DNA from: Escherichia coli
GTDB lineage: Bacteria; Pseudomonadota; Gammaproteobacteria; Enterobacterales; Enterobacteriaceae
Assembly (NCBI RefSeq): GCF_016903815.1
Contig: NZ_CP069973.1
Direction: 5' to 3' (one strand)
Length of the DNA stretch: 64,000 bases
In this document: piece by piece, positions 54,025 through 64,000 of the stretch
Layout: every line of letters begins with the position of its first letter
Position numbering within the stretch: the first letter of the stretch is position 1
Program-made: the position numbers and the translations under genes
Notes under the pieces: generated by a model
What the model was told of the DNA's origin: nothing
The model's database searches: none
What the model saw: only the letters and a program-made list of their open reading frames with translations

Positions 54025-55011
54025 ATGAACAACAGCGCTTTTACTTTCCAGACACTACACCCGGATACCATCATGGACGCTCTGTTTGAGCATGGGATCC
54101 GGGTGGATTCCGGTCTTACCCCGCTTAACAGCTATGAAAACCGTGTCTATCAATTTCAGGACGAAGATCGTCGACGTTTTGTCGTCAAATTTTATCGCCC
54201 TGAACGTTGGACTGCCGATCAAATCCTCGAAGAACATCAATTTGCGTTGCAGCTGGTTAACGATGAAGTTCCGGTCGCAGCGCCTGTGGCCTTTAACGGT
54301 CAGACTTTATTGAATCATCAGGGATTTTATTTCGCTGTTTTTCCAAGCGTCGGTGGTCGCCAGTTCGAAGCTGATAATATCGATCAGATGGAAGCGGTTG
54401 GGCGTTATTTAGGGCGTATGCACCAGACGGGGCGCAAACAGCTTTTTATCCATCGCCCGACCATCGGTCTGAATGAATATCTCATTGAGCCACGCAAGCT
54501 GTTTGAGGACGCTACACTGATACCTTCCGGGTTGAAAGCGGCATTCCTGAAAGCGACAGATGAGCTGATCGCCGCCGTTACAGCACACTGGCGGGAAGAT
54601 TTCACCGTTCTGCGGCTACATGGAGACTGCCACGCCGGGAATATTCTCTGGCGCGATGGTCCAATGTTTGTTGATCTGGATGATGCACGTAATGGTCCAG
54701 CCGTTCAGGATTTGTGGATGTTGCTCAATGGCGATAAAGCCGAGCAGCGGATGCAACTGGAAACTATTATTGAAGCTTATGAAGAATTTAGCGAGTTCGA
54801 CACCGCTGAAATCGGACTGATTGAACCTTTACGCGCCATGCGTTTGGTTTATTATCTTGCCTGGCTAATGCGGCGTTGGGCTGATCCCGCGTTCCCGAAA
54901 AATTTCCCGTGGTTAACCGGGGAAGATTACTGGCTGCGACAGACGGCGACTTTTATAGAACAGGCAAAAGTTCTACAAGAACCCCCTTTGCAATTAACAC
55001 CTATGTATTAA
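54025..55011 (+). CDS. srkA: stress-response Ser/Thr kinase SrkA (YihE/RdoA)
   Basis: 328 aa; kinase-like fold with HGDCHAGN catalytic loop and DLDD motif. Confidence 0.9.
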   Translation: MNNSAFTFQTLHPDTIMDALFEHGIRVDSGLTPLNSYENRVYQFQDEDRRRFVVKFYRPERWTADQILEEHQFALQLVNDEVPVAAPVAFNGQTLLNHQGFYFAVFPSVGGRQFEADNIDQMEAVGRYLGRMHQTGRKQLFIHRPTIGLNEYLIEPRKLFEDATLIPSGLKAAFLKATDELIAAVTAHWREDFTVLRLHGDCHAGNILWRDGPMFVDLDDARNGPAVQDLWMLLNGDKAEQRMQLETIIEAYEEFSEFDTAEIGLIEPLRAMRLVYYLAWLMRRWADPAFPKNFPWLTGEDYWLRQTATFIEQAKVLQEPPLQLTPMY

Positions 55012-55027
55012 TCGGAGAGAGTAGATC

Positions 55028-55654
55028 ATGAAAAAGATTTGGCTGGCGCTGGCTGGTTTAGTTTTAGCGTTTAGCGCATCGGCGGCGCAGTATGAAGATG
55101 GTAAACAGTATACTACCCTGGAAAAACCGGTAGCTGGCGCGCCGCAAGTGCTGGAGTTTTTCTCTTTCTTCTGCCCGCACTGCTATCAGTTTGAAGAAGT
55201 TCTGCATATTTCTGATAACGTGAAGAAAAAACTGCCGGAAGGCGTGAAGATGACTAAATACCACGTCAACTTCATGGGTGGTGACCTGGGCAAAGATTTG
55301 ACTCAGGCATGGGCAGTGGCGATGGCACTGGGCGTGGAAGACAAAGTCACTGTTCCGCTGTTTGAAGGCGTACAGAAAACCCAGACCATTCGTTCAGCAT
55401 CTGATATCCGCGATGTATTTATCAACGCAGGTATTAAAGGTGAAGAGTACGACGCGGCGTGGAACAGCTTCGTGGTGAAATCCCTGGTCGCTCAGCAGGA
55501 AAAAGCTGCAGCTGACGTGCAATTGCGTGGCGTTCCGGCGATGTTTGTTAACGGTAAATATCAGCTGAATCCGCAGGGTATGGATACCAGCAATATGGAT
55601 GTTTTTGTTCAGCAGTATGCTGATACTGTGAAATATCTGTCCGAGAAAAAATAA
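55028..55654 (+). CDS. dsbA: periplasmic thiol:disulfide oxidoreductase DsbA
   Basis: 208 aa; signal peptide and CPHC active site. Confidence 0.95.
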
Positions 55655-55671
55655 CTCAATGTAAATTACAT

Positions 55672-55700
55672 AAAGCCCGTGAATATTCACGGGCTTTTTT
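55672..55700 (+). terminator. dsbA rho-independent terminator
   Basis: aaagcccgtgaatattcacgggctttttt: perfect stem-loop plus T-run. Confidence 0.85.
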
Positions 55701-55702
55701 GT

Positions 55703-56410
55703 GCACAGAAAACCCCCAGCTAGGCTGGGGGTTCCGGAAAGCTTTCAGCTTTAAGCCAGTTATTAAAACCCCTTTTGATTTGTTAAAACACCTTGCGGTC
55801 TGGCAACTGCAAGTGTCAAACAAGAAATCAAAAGGGGGTCCCAATGGGGAACGAAAAGAGCTTAGCGCACACCCGATGGAACTGTAAATATCACATAGTT
55901 TTTGCGCCAAAATACCGAAGACAGGTGTTCTACAGAGAGAAGCGTAGAGCAATAGGCAGTATTTTGAGAAAGCTGTGTGAGTGGAAAAGTGTACGGATTC
56001 TGGAAGCTGAATGCTGTGCAGATCATATCCATATGCTTGTGGAGATCCCGCCCAAAATGAGCGTATCCGGCTTTATGGGATATCTGAAAGGGAAAAGCAG
56101 TCTGATGCTTTACGAGCAGTTTGGTGATTTGAAATTCAAATACAGGAACAGGGAGTTCTGGTGCAGAGGGTACTACGTCGATACGGTGGGTAAGAACACG
56201 GCGAAGATACAGGATTACATAAAGCACCAGCTTGAAGAGGATAAAATGGGAGAGCAGTTATCGATTCCCTATCCGGGCAGCCCGTTTACGGGCCGTAAGT
56301 AACGAAGTTGGATGCAAATGTCAGATCGTGTGCGCCTGTTAGGGCGCGGCTGGTAAGAGAGCCTTATAGGCGCATTTGAAAAACCTCCGGCTATGCCGGA
56401 GGATATTTAT
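55703..56410 (+). mobile_element. IS200-family (IS200/IS605) insertion sequence; boundaries approximate
   Basis: Y1 transposase gene preceded by a hairpin (aaacccccagctaggctgggggtt, 55709-55732) and a long-range pairing ccccttttgatt / aatcaaaagggggtc that buries the RBS, and followed by a hairpin (cctccggctatgccggagg, 56384-56402); all typical of IS200. Confidence 0.7.
55844..56302 (+). CDS. tnpA: IS200-family Y1 (HUH) transposase TnpA
   Basis: 152 aa from ATG at 55844; HUH motif (DHIHMLVEIPP) and catalytic Tyr region (YIKHQ). Confidence 0.9.
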   Translation: MGNEKSLAHTRWNCKYHIVFAPKYRRQVFYREKRRAIGSILRKLCEWKSVRILEAECCADHIHMLVEIPPKMSVSGFMGYLKGKSSLMLYEQFGDLKFKYRNREFWCRGYYVDTVGKNTAKIQDYIKHQLEEDKMGEQLSIPYPGSPFTGRK

Positions 56411-56519
56411 TTATTATTTAATAAATATAAATACATTCTGATAATGCGTCCTGCCGCTGGACATTATTTCAGCATAAGTGGATATTCAAAGTTTTGCTGT
56501 TTTATCAGGGAATATTTAT

Positions 56520-57950
56520 ATGATACGTAAGTCAGCTACAGGTGTTATTGTTGCGTTAGCCGTAATCTGGGGGGGTGGCACATGGTACACAGGTACGCAA
56601 ATTCAGCCTGGTGTCGAAAAGTTTATTAAAGATTTTAACGATGCTAAAAAGAAAGGTGAACATGCCTACGATATGACGTTAAGTTATAAAAACTTTGACA
56701 AAGGCTTTTTTAATTCTCATTTTCAAATGCAAATAACATTTGATAACGGTGCACCCGATCTCAATATCAAGCCAGGCCAGAAAGTTGCATTTGATGTGGA
56801 TGTTGAGCACGGTCCGTTGCCCATCACAATGTTAATGCGTAGTAATGTCATCCCCGCACTGGCAGCGGCAAAAGTGAACTTAGTGAATAATGAACTGACA
56901 CAACCGCTATTTATCGCCGCAAAAAATAAATCGCCCGTGGAAGCGACATTGCGATTCGCGTTTGGTGGCTCATTCTCCACGACATTAGATGTTGCCCCTG
57001 CAAAATATGGAAAGTTTTCTTTTGGTGAGGGCCAGTTTACTTTTAATGGTGATGGTAGTTCATTGTCTAACCTGGATATTGAAGGCAAAGTCGAAGATAT
57101 TGTTCTGCAATTATCACCAATGAACAAAGTAACGGCGAAAAGTTTTACCATTGATTCTCTGGCGCGATTAGAAGAAAAGAAATTTCCGGTTGGTGAAAGC
57201 GAGTCGAAATTTAATCAGATTAACATTATCAATCACGGGGAAGACGTTGCCCAAATCGATGCTTTCGTTGCAAAAACCAGGCTGGATCGCGTTAAAGACA
57301 AAGATTATATCAATGTCAATCTGACCTACGAACTTGATAAGTTAACAAAAGGGAATCAGAAACTCGGTAGTGGTGAGTGGTCATTGATTGCTGAATCTAT
57401 TGATCCCTCAGCGGTGCGCCAATTTATCATCCAGTATAACATTGCGATGCAGAAGCAGCTTGCTGCACACCCTGAGTTAGCAAACGATGAAGTTGCTCTG
57501 CAAGAAGTGAATGCTGCATTGTTCAAAGAGTATTTACCGTTATTACAAAAAAGTGAGCCGACCATTAAACAACCGGTAAGATGGAAGAACGCACTCGGCG
57601 AACTAAATGCCAATCTGGATATCAGTATTGCCGACCCAGCCAAATCCTCATCATCCACAAACAAAGATATTAAATCGCTCAATTTTGATGTGAAGTTACC
57701 GCTTAATGTCGTCACAGAAACCGCAAAACAGCTTAATTTATCTGAAGGGATGGATGCTGAAAAAGCGCAAAAGCAGGCTGATAAACAAATCAGCGGGATG
57801 ATGACCTTAGGTCAGATGTTTCAGTTAATCACGATTGACAACAATACCGCCTCGCTGCAACTGCGTTATACACCGGGTAAAGTTGTTTTTAACGGACAGG
57901 AGATGAGCGAAGAAGAATTTATGTCTCGTGCCGGACGTTTTGTTCATTAA
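56520..57950 (+). CDS. yihF: DUF945-family protein YihF
   Basis: 476 aa from ATG at 56520 (MIRKSATGVIVALAVIWGGG...); N-terminal TM anchor. Confidence 0.85.
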   Translation: MIRKSATGVIVALAVIWGGGTWYTGTQIQPGVEKFIKDFNDAKKKGEHAYDMTLSYKNFDKGFFNSHFQMQITFDNGAPDLNIKPGQKVAFDVDVEHGPLPITMLMRSNVIPALAAAKVNLVNNELTQPLFIAAKNKSPVEATLRFAFGGSFSTTLDVAPAKYGKFSFGEGQFTFNGDGSSLSNLDIEGKVEDIVLQLSPMNKVTAKSFTIDSLARLEEKKFPVGESESKFNQINIINHGEDVAQIDAFVAKTRLDRVKDKDYINVNLTYELDKLTKGNQKLGSGEWSLIAESIDPSAVRQFIIQYNIAMQKQLAAHPELANDEVALQEVNAALFKEYLPLLQKSEPTIKQPVRWKNALGELNANLDISIADPAKSSSSTNKDIKSLNFDVKLPLNVVTETAKQLNLSEGMDAEKAQKQADKQISGMMTLGQMFQLITIDNNTASLQLRYTPGKVVFNGQEMSEEEFMSRAGRFVH

Positions 57951-57990
57951 AATACTCACTCGCCTCTGCTCATTCAGAGGCGAGCAAAAT

Positions 57991-58923
57991 TTACTTGTCC
58001 TGCCGCTGTGATGACATCAACGACGTCAGAAGCCGGTCTTTTTCCTGCCACAGTGAGTTCAGCCATTGCTGAAAATGGCGCTTAAAGCTTTTGTCATTGA
58101 TGTAGTCGCCATGTAACTCATCGGCAATAGGCTGTAAATCCACATGTACGACAATCCGCGTCAGTTTACCGCTTAACATATCGAAGAACGGCTGACGGTT
58201 ATTGTCCGGATAACACAGCGTAACATTAAGCAGTTTATCGAATTGTTTACCCAGTACATTTAGCGCCATCGCAATGCCTGCCGCCTTTGGTGGCAACAAG
58301 TTTTGAAAAGTGGAGTGGGTTTGCTGATGTTTTTCTTGCGTGAAACGGGAGCCTTCAACGAAATTGACAATGGTGGTGGGATGCAGGCGAAACTTTTCAC
58401 AAGAACGCCGAGTGGTTTCAACATCTTTACCACGTCGCTCCGGATGACGTAATAAATAAGCGCGGGAATAACGCTTCATAAACGGCATATCCAGCGCCCA
58501 GCATGCCAGGCCAAGAAAAGGCACCCAGGCCAGCTGCTGCTTGAGGAAATATTTATTCATCGGAATGTGCTTACGAAACAGCACGCACAGTACGACAATA
58601 TCTGCCCAACTACGGTGGTTACAAATAAGCAGATACCAGTTCTTCTTACTTAACCCTTCCAGCCCGTGAACTTCCCATTGCAGGTGTGGGTTCAGATGCA
58701 GTAATACCGCAAGGCATTCACACCAGCAATACATCATAAAATCACAAAAACGCGAAACCTTTCGCCAAATGACTGGCACAGGTAGCAATAGTTTTACAAT
58801 CCCGGCAATGATGATCGGGACGGAACAAAAAATAGTGACCAAAATGGTCAATACGATACTCAGCAAAAGGGTTATCGCAGCGAGTATTCTCGTCATAATG
58901 AATTTATTCAAAAGGTTAGCCAT
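57991..58923 (-). CDS. yihG: PlsC-family acyltransferase YihG
   Basis: 310 aa from ATG at 58923 ([14 protein letters not shown]...); acyltransferase NHRSWAD motif; alternative upstream start at 58947. Confidence 0.85.
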   Translation of the reverse strand: MANLLNKFIMTRILAAITLLLSIVLTILVTIFCSVPIIIAGIVKLLLPVPVIWRKVSRFCDFMMYCWCECLAVLLHLNPHLQWEVHGLEGLSKKNWYLLICNHRSWADIVVLCVLFRKHIPMNKYFLKQQLAWVPFLGLACWALDMPFMKRYSRAYLLRHPERRGKDVETTRRSCEKFRLHPTTIVNFVEGSRFTQEKHQQTHSTFQNLLPPKAAGIAMALNVLGKQFDKLLNVTLCYPDNNRQPFFDMLSGKLTRIVVHVDLQPIADELHGDYINDKSFKRHFQQWLNSLWQEKDRLLTSLMSSQRQDK

Positions 58924-59286
58924 AGACAGTGCGCTAAAGAAGCGCAAGGCGCAGATTTTAGCAGAAAACGACCCAAATAACGGATGATCCTTAAGGAGAA
59001 AAATAATTCATATCTATCCACATTAGAAAAAATCCCATTATCTTAATTACTAGGGATGGTCTTATTTTTAACTGCATGAAAAACAAAGACAAACATCATG
59101 CTGTAAAAAGCATGATAATAAATTAAAAGCGATGTAAATAATTTATGCACAAAGTTATCCACATGACGATTTGCGAGCGATCCAGAAGATCTACAAAAGA
59201 TTTTCACGAAAAGCGGTGAAAAACTCATGTTTTCATCCTGTCTGTGGCATCCTTTACCCATAATCTGATAAACAGGCACGGACATT

Positions 59287-62073
59287 ATGGTTCAGATCCC
59301 CCAAAATCCACTTATCCTTGTAGATGGTTCATCTTATCTTTATCGCGCATATCACGCGTTTCCCCCGCTGACTAACAGCGCAGGCGAGCCGACCGGTGCG
59401 ATGTATGGTGTCCTCAACATGCTGCGCAGTCTGATCATGCAATATAAACCGACGCATGCAGCGGTGGTCTTTGACGCCAAGGGAAAAACCTTTCGTGATG
59501 AACTGTTTGAACATTACAAATCACATCGCCCGCCAATGCCGGACGATCTGCGAGCACAAATCGAACCTCTGCACGCGATGGTTAAAGCGATGGGACTGCC
59601 GCTGCTGGCGGTTTCTGGCGTAGAAGCGGACGACGTTATCGGTACTCTGGCGCGCGAAGCCGAAAAAGCCGGGCGTCCGGTGCTGATCAGCACTGGCGAT
59701 AAAGATATGGCGCAGCTGGTGACGCCAAATATTACGCTTATCAATACCATGACGAATACCATCCTCGGACCGGAAGAGGTGGTGAATAAGTACGGCGTGC
59801 CGCCAGAACTGATCATCGACTTCCTGGCGCTGATGGGTGACTCCTCCGATAACATCCCTGGCGTACCGGGCGTCGGTGAAAAAACCGCGCAGGCATTGCT
59901 GCAAGGTCTTGGCGGCCTGGATACGCTGTATGCCGAGCCAGAAAAAATTGCCGGGTTGAGCTTCCGTGGCGCGAAAACAATGGCAGCGAAGCTCGAGCAA
60001 AACAAAGAAGTTGCTTATCTCTCATACCAGCTGGCGACGATTAAAACCGACGTTGAACTGGAGCTGACCTGTGAACAACTGGAAGTGCAGCAACCGGCAG
60101 CGGAAGAGTTGTTGGGGCTGTTCAAAAAGTATGAGTTCAAACGCTGGACTGCTGATGTCGAAGCGGGCAAATGGTTACAGGCCAAAGGGGCAAAACCAGC
60201 CGCGAAGCCACAGGAAACCAGTGTTGCAGACGAAGCACCAGAAGTGACGGCAACGGTGATTTCTTATGACAACTACGTCACCATCCTTGATGAAGAAACA
60301 CTGAAAGCGTGGATTGCGAAGCTGGAAAAAGCGCCGGTATTTGCATTTGATACCGAAACCGACAGCCTTGATAACATCTCTGCTAACCTGGTCGGGCTTT
60401 CTTTTGCTATCGAGCCAGGCGTAGCGGCATATATTCCGGTTGCTCATGATTATCTTGATGCGCCCGATCAAATCTCTCGCGAGCGTGCACTCGAGTTGCT
60501 AAAACCGCTGCTGGAAGATGAAAAGGCGCTGAAGGTTGGGCAAAACCTGAAATACGATCGCGGTATTCTGGCGAATTACGGCATTGAGCTGCGTGGGATT
60601 GCGTTTGATACCATGCTGGAGTCCTACATTCTCAATAGCGTTGCCGGGCGTCACGATATGGACAGCCTCGCGGAACGTTGGTTGAAGCACAAAACCATCA
60701 CTTTTGAAGAGATTGCGGGTAAAGGCAAAAATCAACTGACCTTTAACCAGATTGCCCTCGAAGAGGCCGGACGTTACGCCGCCGAAGATGCTGATGTCAC
60801 CTTGCAGTTGCATCTGAAAATGTGGCCGGATCTGCAAAAACACAAAGGGCCGTTGAACGTCTTCGAGAATATCGAAATGCCGCTGGTGCCAGTGCTTTCA
60901 CGCATTGAACGTAACGGTGTGAAGATCGATCCGAAAGTGCTGCACAATCATTCTGAAGAGCTCACCCTTCGTCTGGCTGAGCTGGAAAAGAAAGCGCATG
61001 AAATTGCAGGTGAGGAATTTAACCTTTCTTCCACCAAGCAGTTACAAACCATTCTGTTTGAAAAACAGGGCATTAAACCGCTGAAGAAAACGCCGGGTGG
61101 CGCGCCGTCAACGTCGGAAGAGGTACTGGAAGAACTGGCGCTGGACTATCCGTTGCCAAAAGTGATTCTGGAGTATCGTGGTCTGGCGAAGCTGAAATCG
61201 ACCTACACCGACAAGCTACCGCTGATGATCAACCCGAAAACCGGGCGTGTACATACCTCTTATCACCAGGCAGTAACCGCAACGGGACGTTTATCGTCAA
61301 CCGATCCTAACCTGCAAAACATTCCGGTGCGTAACGAAGAAGGTCGTCGTATCCGCCAGGCGTTTATTGCGCCAGAGGATTATGTGATTGTCTCGGCGGA
61401 CTACTCGCAGATTGAACTGCGCATTATGGCGCATCTCTCGCGTGACAAAGGCTTGCTGACCGCATTCGCGGAAGGAAAAGATATCCACCGGGCTACGGCG
61501 GCAGAAGTGTTTGGTTTGCCACTGGAAACCGTAACCAGCGAGCAACGCCGTAGCGCGAAAGCGATCAACTTTGGTCTGATTTATGGCATGAGTGCTTTCG
61601 GTCTGGCGCGGCAATTGAACATTCCACGTAAAGAAGCGCAGAAGTACATGGACCTTTACTTCGAACGCTACCCTGGCGTGCTGGAGTATATGGAACGCAC
61701 CCGTGCTCAGGCGAAAGAGCAGGGCTACGTTGAAACGCTGGACGGACGCCGTCTGTATCTGCCGGATATCAAATCCAGCAATGGGGCTCGTCGTGCAGCG
61801 GCTGAACGTGCAGCCATTAACGCGCCAATGCAGGGAACCGCCGCCGACATTATCAAACGGGCGATGATTGCCGTTGATGCGTGGCTACAGGCTGAGCAAC
61901 CGCGTGTACGTATGATCATGCAGGTACACGATGAACTGGTATTTGAAGTTCATAAAGATGATGTCGATGCCGTCGCGAAGCAGATTCATCAACTGATGGA
62001 AAACTGTACCCGTCTGGATGTGCCGTTGCTGGTGGAAGTGGGGAGTGGCGAAAACTGGGATCAGGCGCACTAA
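59287..62073 (+). CDS. polA: DNA polymerase I
   Basis: 928 aa; 5' nuclease, 3'-5' exonuclease and polymerase domains recognisable. Confidence 0.97.
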
Positions 62074-62220
62074 GATTCGCCTGAACATGCCCTTTTTTCG
62101 TAAGTAAGCAACATAAGCTGTCACGTTTTGTGATGGCTATTAGAAATTCCTATGCAACAACTGAAAAAAAATTACAAAAAGTGCTTTCTGAACTGAACAA
62201 AAAAGAGTAAAGTTAGTCGC

Positions 62221-62329
62221 GTAGGGTACAGAGGTAAGATGTTCTATCTTTCAGACCTTTTACTTCACGTAATCGGATTTGGCTGAATATTTTAGCCGCC
62301 CCAGTCAGTAATGACTGGGGCGTTTTTTA
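62221..62329 (+). ncRNA. spf: Spot 42 small regulatory RNA
   Basis: GTAGGGTACAGAGGTAAGATGTTCTATCTTTCAGACC...CCCCAGTCAGTAATGACTGGGGCGTTTTTT matches remembered Spot 42 (~109 nt) with its intrinsic terminator; canonical polA-engB location. Confidence 0.9.
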
Positions 62330-62352
62330 TTGGGCGAAAGAAAAGATCCGTA

Positions 62353-62436
62353 ATGCCTGATACGCCATGTTTATCAGGCCAACGGTAAAATCGTAATCTA
62401 TTGAATTTACGGGCCGGATACGCCACATCCGGCACA
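62353..62436. repeat. REP-like palindromic units between spf and engB
   Basis: gcctgatacgccatgtttatcaggc and gccggatacgccacatccggc imperfect palindromes. Confidence 0.45.
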
Positions 62437-62454
62437 AGCATTAAGGCAAGAAAA

Positions 62455-63087
62455 TCATTCGCCGTCCTGCGTTTCTTCTACAGGCTGCATCTCGCTAAAC
62501 CAGGTATCCAGTTTCTGCCGCAGCTTGTCCACGCCTTGTTTCTTCAACGAAGAAAACGTTTCAACCTGCACATCACCGTTAAACGCCAGCACCGCTTCAC
62601 GCACCATATTCAATTGCGCTTTACGTGCGCCGCTTGCCAGTTTGTCCGCTTTGGTCAGCAGCACCAGCACGGCGATATTGCTGTCTACCGCCCACTCAAT
62701 CATCTGCTGATCCAAATCTTTCAGCGGATGGCGAATATCCATTAGCACCACCAGACCTTGCAGGCTCTGACGTTTTTCGAGGTATTCGCCGAGCGCGCGT
62801 TGCCATTTGCGCTTCATCTCTTCCGGGACTTCCGCGTAGCCATAGCCGGGCAGGTCAACCAGACGCTTGCCGTCAGCCACTTCAAACAGGTTGATAAGCT
62901 GGGTGCGCCCTGGGGTTTTTGAGGTACGAGCCAGGCTTTTCTGGTTAGTCAGCGTGTTCAGCGCGCTGGATTTACCTGCGTTGGAACGGCCTGCAAAAGC
63001 CACTTCAATTCCGGTATCGGAAGGTAGGTGGCGAATATCAGGCGCACTCATCACAAAATGCGTCTGTTGATAATTCAAATTAGTCAA
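62455..63087 (-). CDS. engB: ribosome biogenesis GTPase EngB (YihA)
   Basis: 210 aa; G1 motif [10 protein letters not shown]4 TKADK. Confidence 0.95.
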
Positions 63088-63358
63088 AGCGGTCGTCTCC
63101 GTCAGTCAAAGCTTTGCGGCGATTATACCTGAACCATAATAAAAGGCGGATTTTTCGGCGTGAGCGTTGTAAGTAAAAGCCATACGCTTTGTGAGACATT
63201 GCCGATAGTCTTTATGCGAAATAGCAGAGAAAATTCTGCGATGCATGTCAAATAAGCTATATAAATCAGTTAATTGCTTTTATATAAAACTCTGAAAATG
63301 TGCAAATACTGATGGCGGTTGATTGTTTGTTTAAAGCAAAGGCGTAAAGTAGCACCCA

Positions 63359-63603
63359 TAGAGCGAGGACGCTAACAGGAACAATGACTCAGGATGAGGG
63401 TCAGGAGCGCCAGGAGGCGAAGACAGAGGATTGTCAGGAAGACAAACGTCCGGAGACGTAATTAAACGGAAATGGAATCAACACGGATTGTTCCGGCTAA
63501 TGGAAAAACAGGGTGTGTTGGCGGCCTGCAAGGATTGTAAGACCCGTTAAGGGTTATGAGTCAGGAAAAAAGGCGACAGAGTAATCTGTCGCCTTTTTTC
63601 TTT
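63359..63603 (+). ncRNA. csrC: CsrC small RNA (CsrA-sequestering)
   Basis: Starts ATAGAGCGAGGACGCTAACAGGAACAATGACTCAGGATGAGGGTCAGGAGCG; many GGA motifs; ends at terminator aaaaaaggcgacagagtaatctgtcgccttttttc; ~245 nt; canonical engB-yihI location. Confidence 0.85.
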
Positions 63604-63668
63604 GCTTGCTTTCTGTTAGATTCCGCCGCAAATCTATACTGAATAAAACGGCTAAAAGACGAACCATT

Positions 63669-64000
63669 ATGAAACCATCATCTTCAAACTCACGCAGCAA
63701 AGGTCATGCAAAAGCGCGTCGAAAAACACGCGAGGAGCTGGATCAGGAAGCTCGTGACCGTAAGCGTCAGAAAAAACGTCGTGGTCATGCGCCGGGCAGC
63801 CGCGCAGCGGGCGGTAACACCACGTCAGGCAGCAAAGGCCAGAACGCACCGAAAGATCCACGTATTGGCAGTAAAACCCCTATTCCATTGGGCGTGACTG
63901 AAAAAGTCACCAAACAGCACAAACCGAAGAGTGAGAAACCTATGCTTTCACCGCAGGCGGAGTTGGAGTTACTGGAAACGGATGAGCGTCTGGATGCGCT
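63669..64000 (+). CDS. yihI: Der GTPase-activating protein YihI, N-terminal fragment (3' end outside window)
   Basis: ATG at 63669; [39 protein letters not shown]... highly basic N-terminus; open to window end. Confidence 0.85.
   Translation, partial: MKPSSSNSRSKGHAKARRKTREELDQEARDRKRQKKRRGHAPGSRAAGGNTTSGSKGQNAPKDPRIGSKTPIPLGVTEKVTKQHKPKSEKPMLSPQAELELLETDERLDA

Noticed and set aside
59514-60005. Two ~160-aa minus-strand ORFs antisense to polA
   Set aside because: Shadow ORFs inside polA

Overview
This window is an Escherichia coli chromosomal segment running cyaA' - cyaY - yifL - dapF - yigA - xerC - yigB - uvrD - yigE - corA - rarD - yigI - pldA - recQ - rhtC - rhtB - pldB - yigL - yigM - metR - metE - ysgA - udp - rmuC - ubiE - ubiJ - ubiB - tatABCD - rfaH - ubiD - fre - fadAB - pepQ - yigZ - trkH - hemG - rrnA operon (16S, tRNA-Ile, tRNA-Ala, 23S, 5S) - mobBA - yihD - srkA - dsbA - yihF - yihG - polA - spf - engB - csrC - yihI'. 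Gene identities come from reading the supplied translations against remembered E. coli protein sequences; no database search was run. rRNA and tRNA boundaries were placed by reading the sequence and give the expected lengths (1542, 77, 76, 2904, 120 nt). Against this conserved backbone, five stretches look strain-specific relative to K-12 as I recall it: (1) a secreted DUF62-like gene between uvrD and yigE; (2) an AT-rich two-gene island between corA and rarD, resembling an orphan effector/immunity pair; (3) an AT-rich island between metE and ysgA encoding an Hcp protein with a ~220-aa C-terminal extension, followed by two tandem paralogous small genes; (4) a 1432-bp IS3-family element inserted into a REP unit just after the rrnA terminator; (5) an IS200-family element between dsbA and yihF. 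The most interesting candidate system is (3), an orphan type VI secretion 'extended Hcp' toxin with a duplicated immunity-like array; (2) is the second. Neither toxin domain could be assigned to a family from sequence alone.
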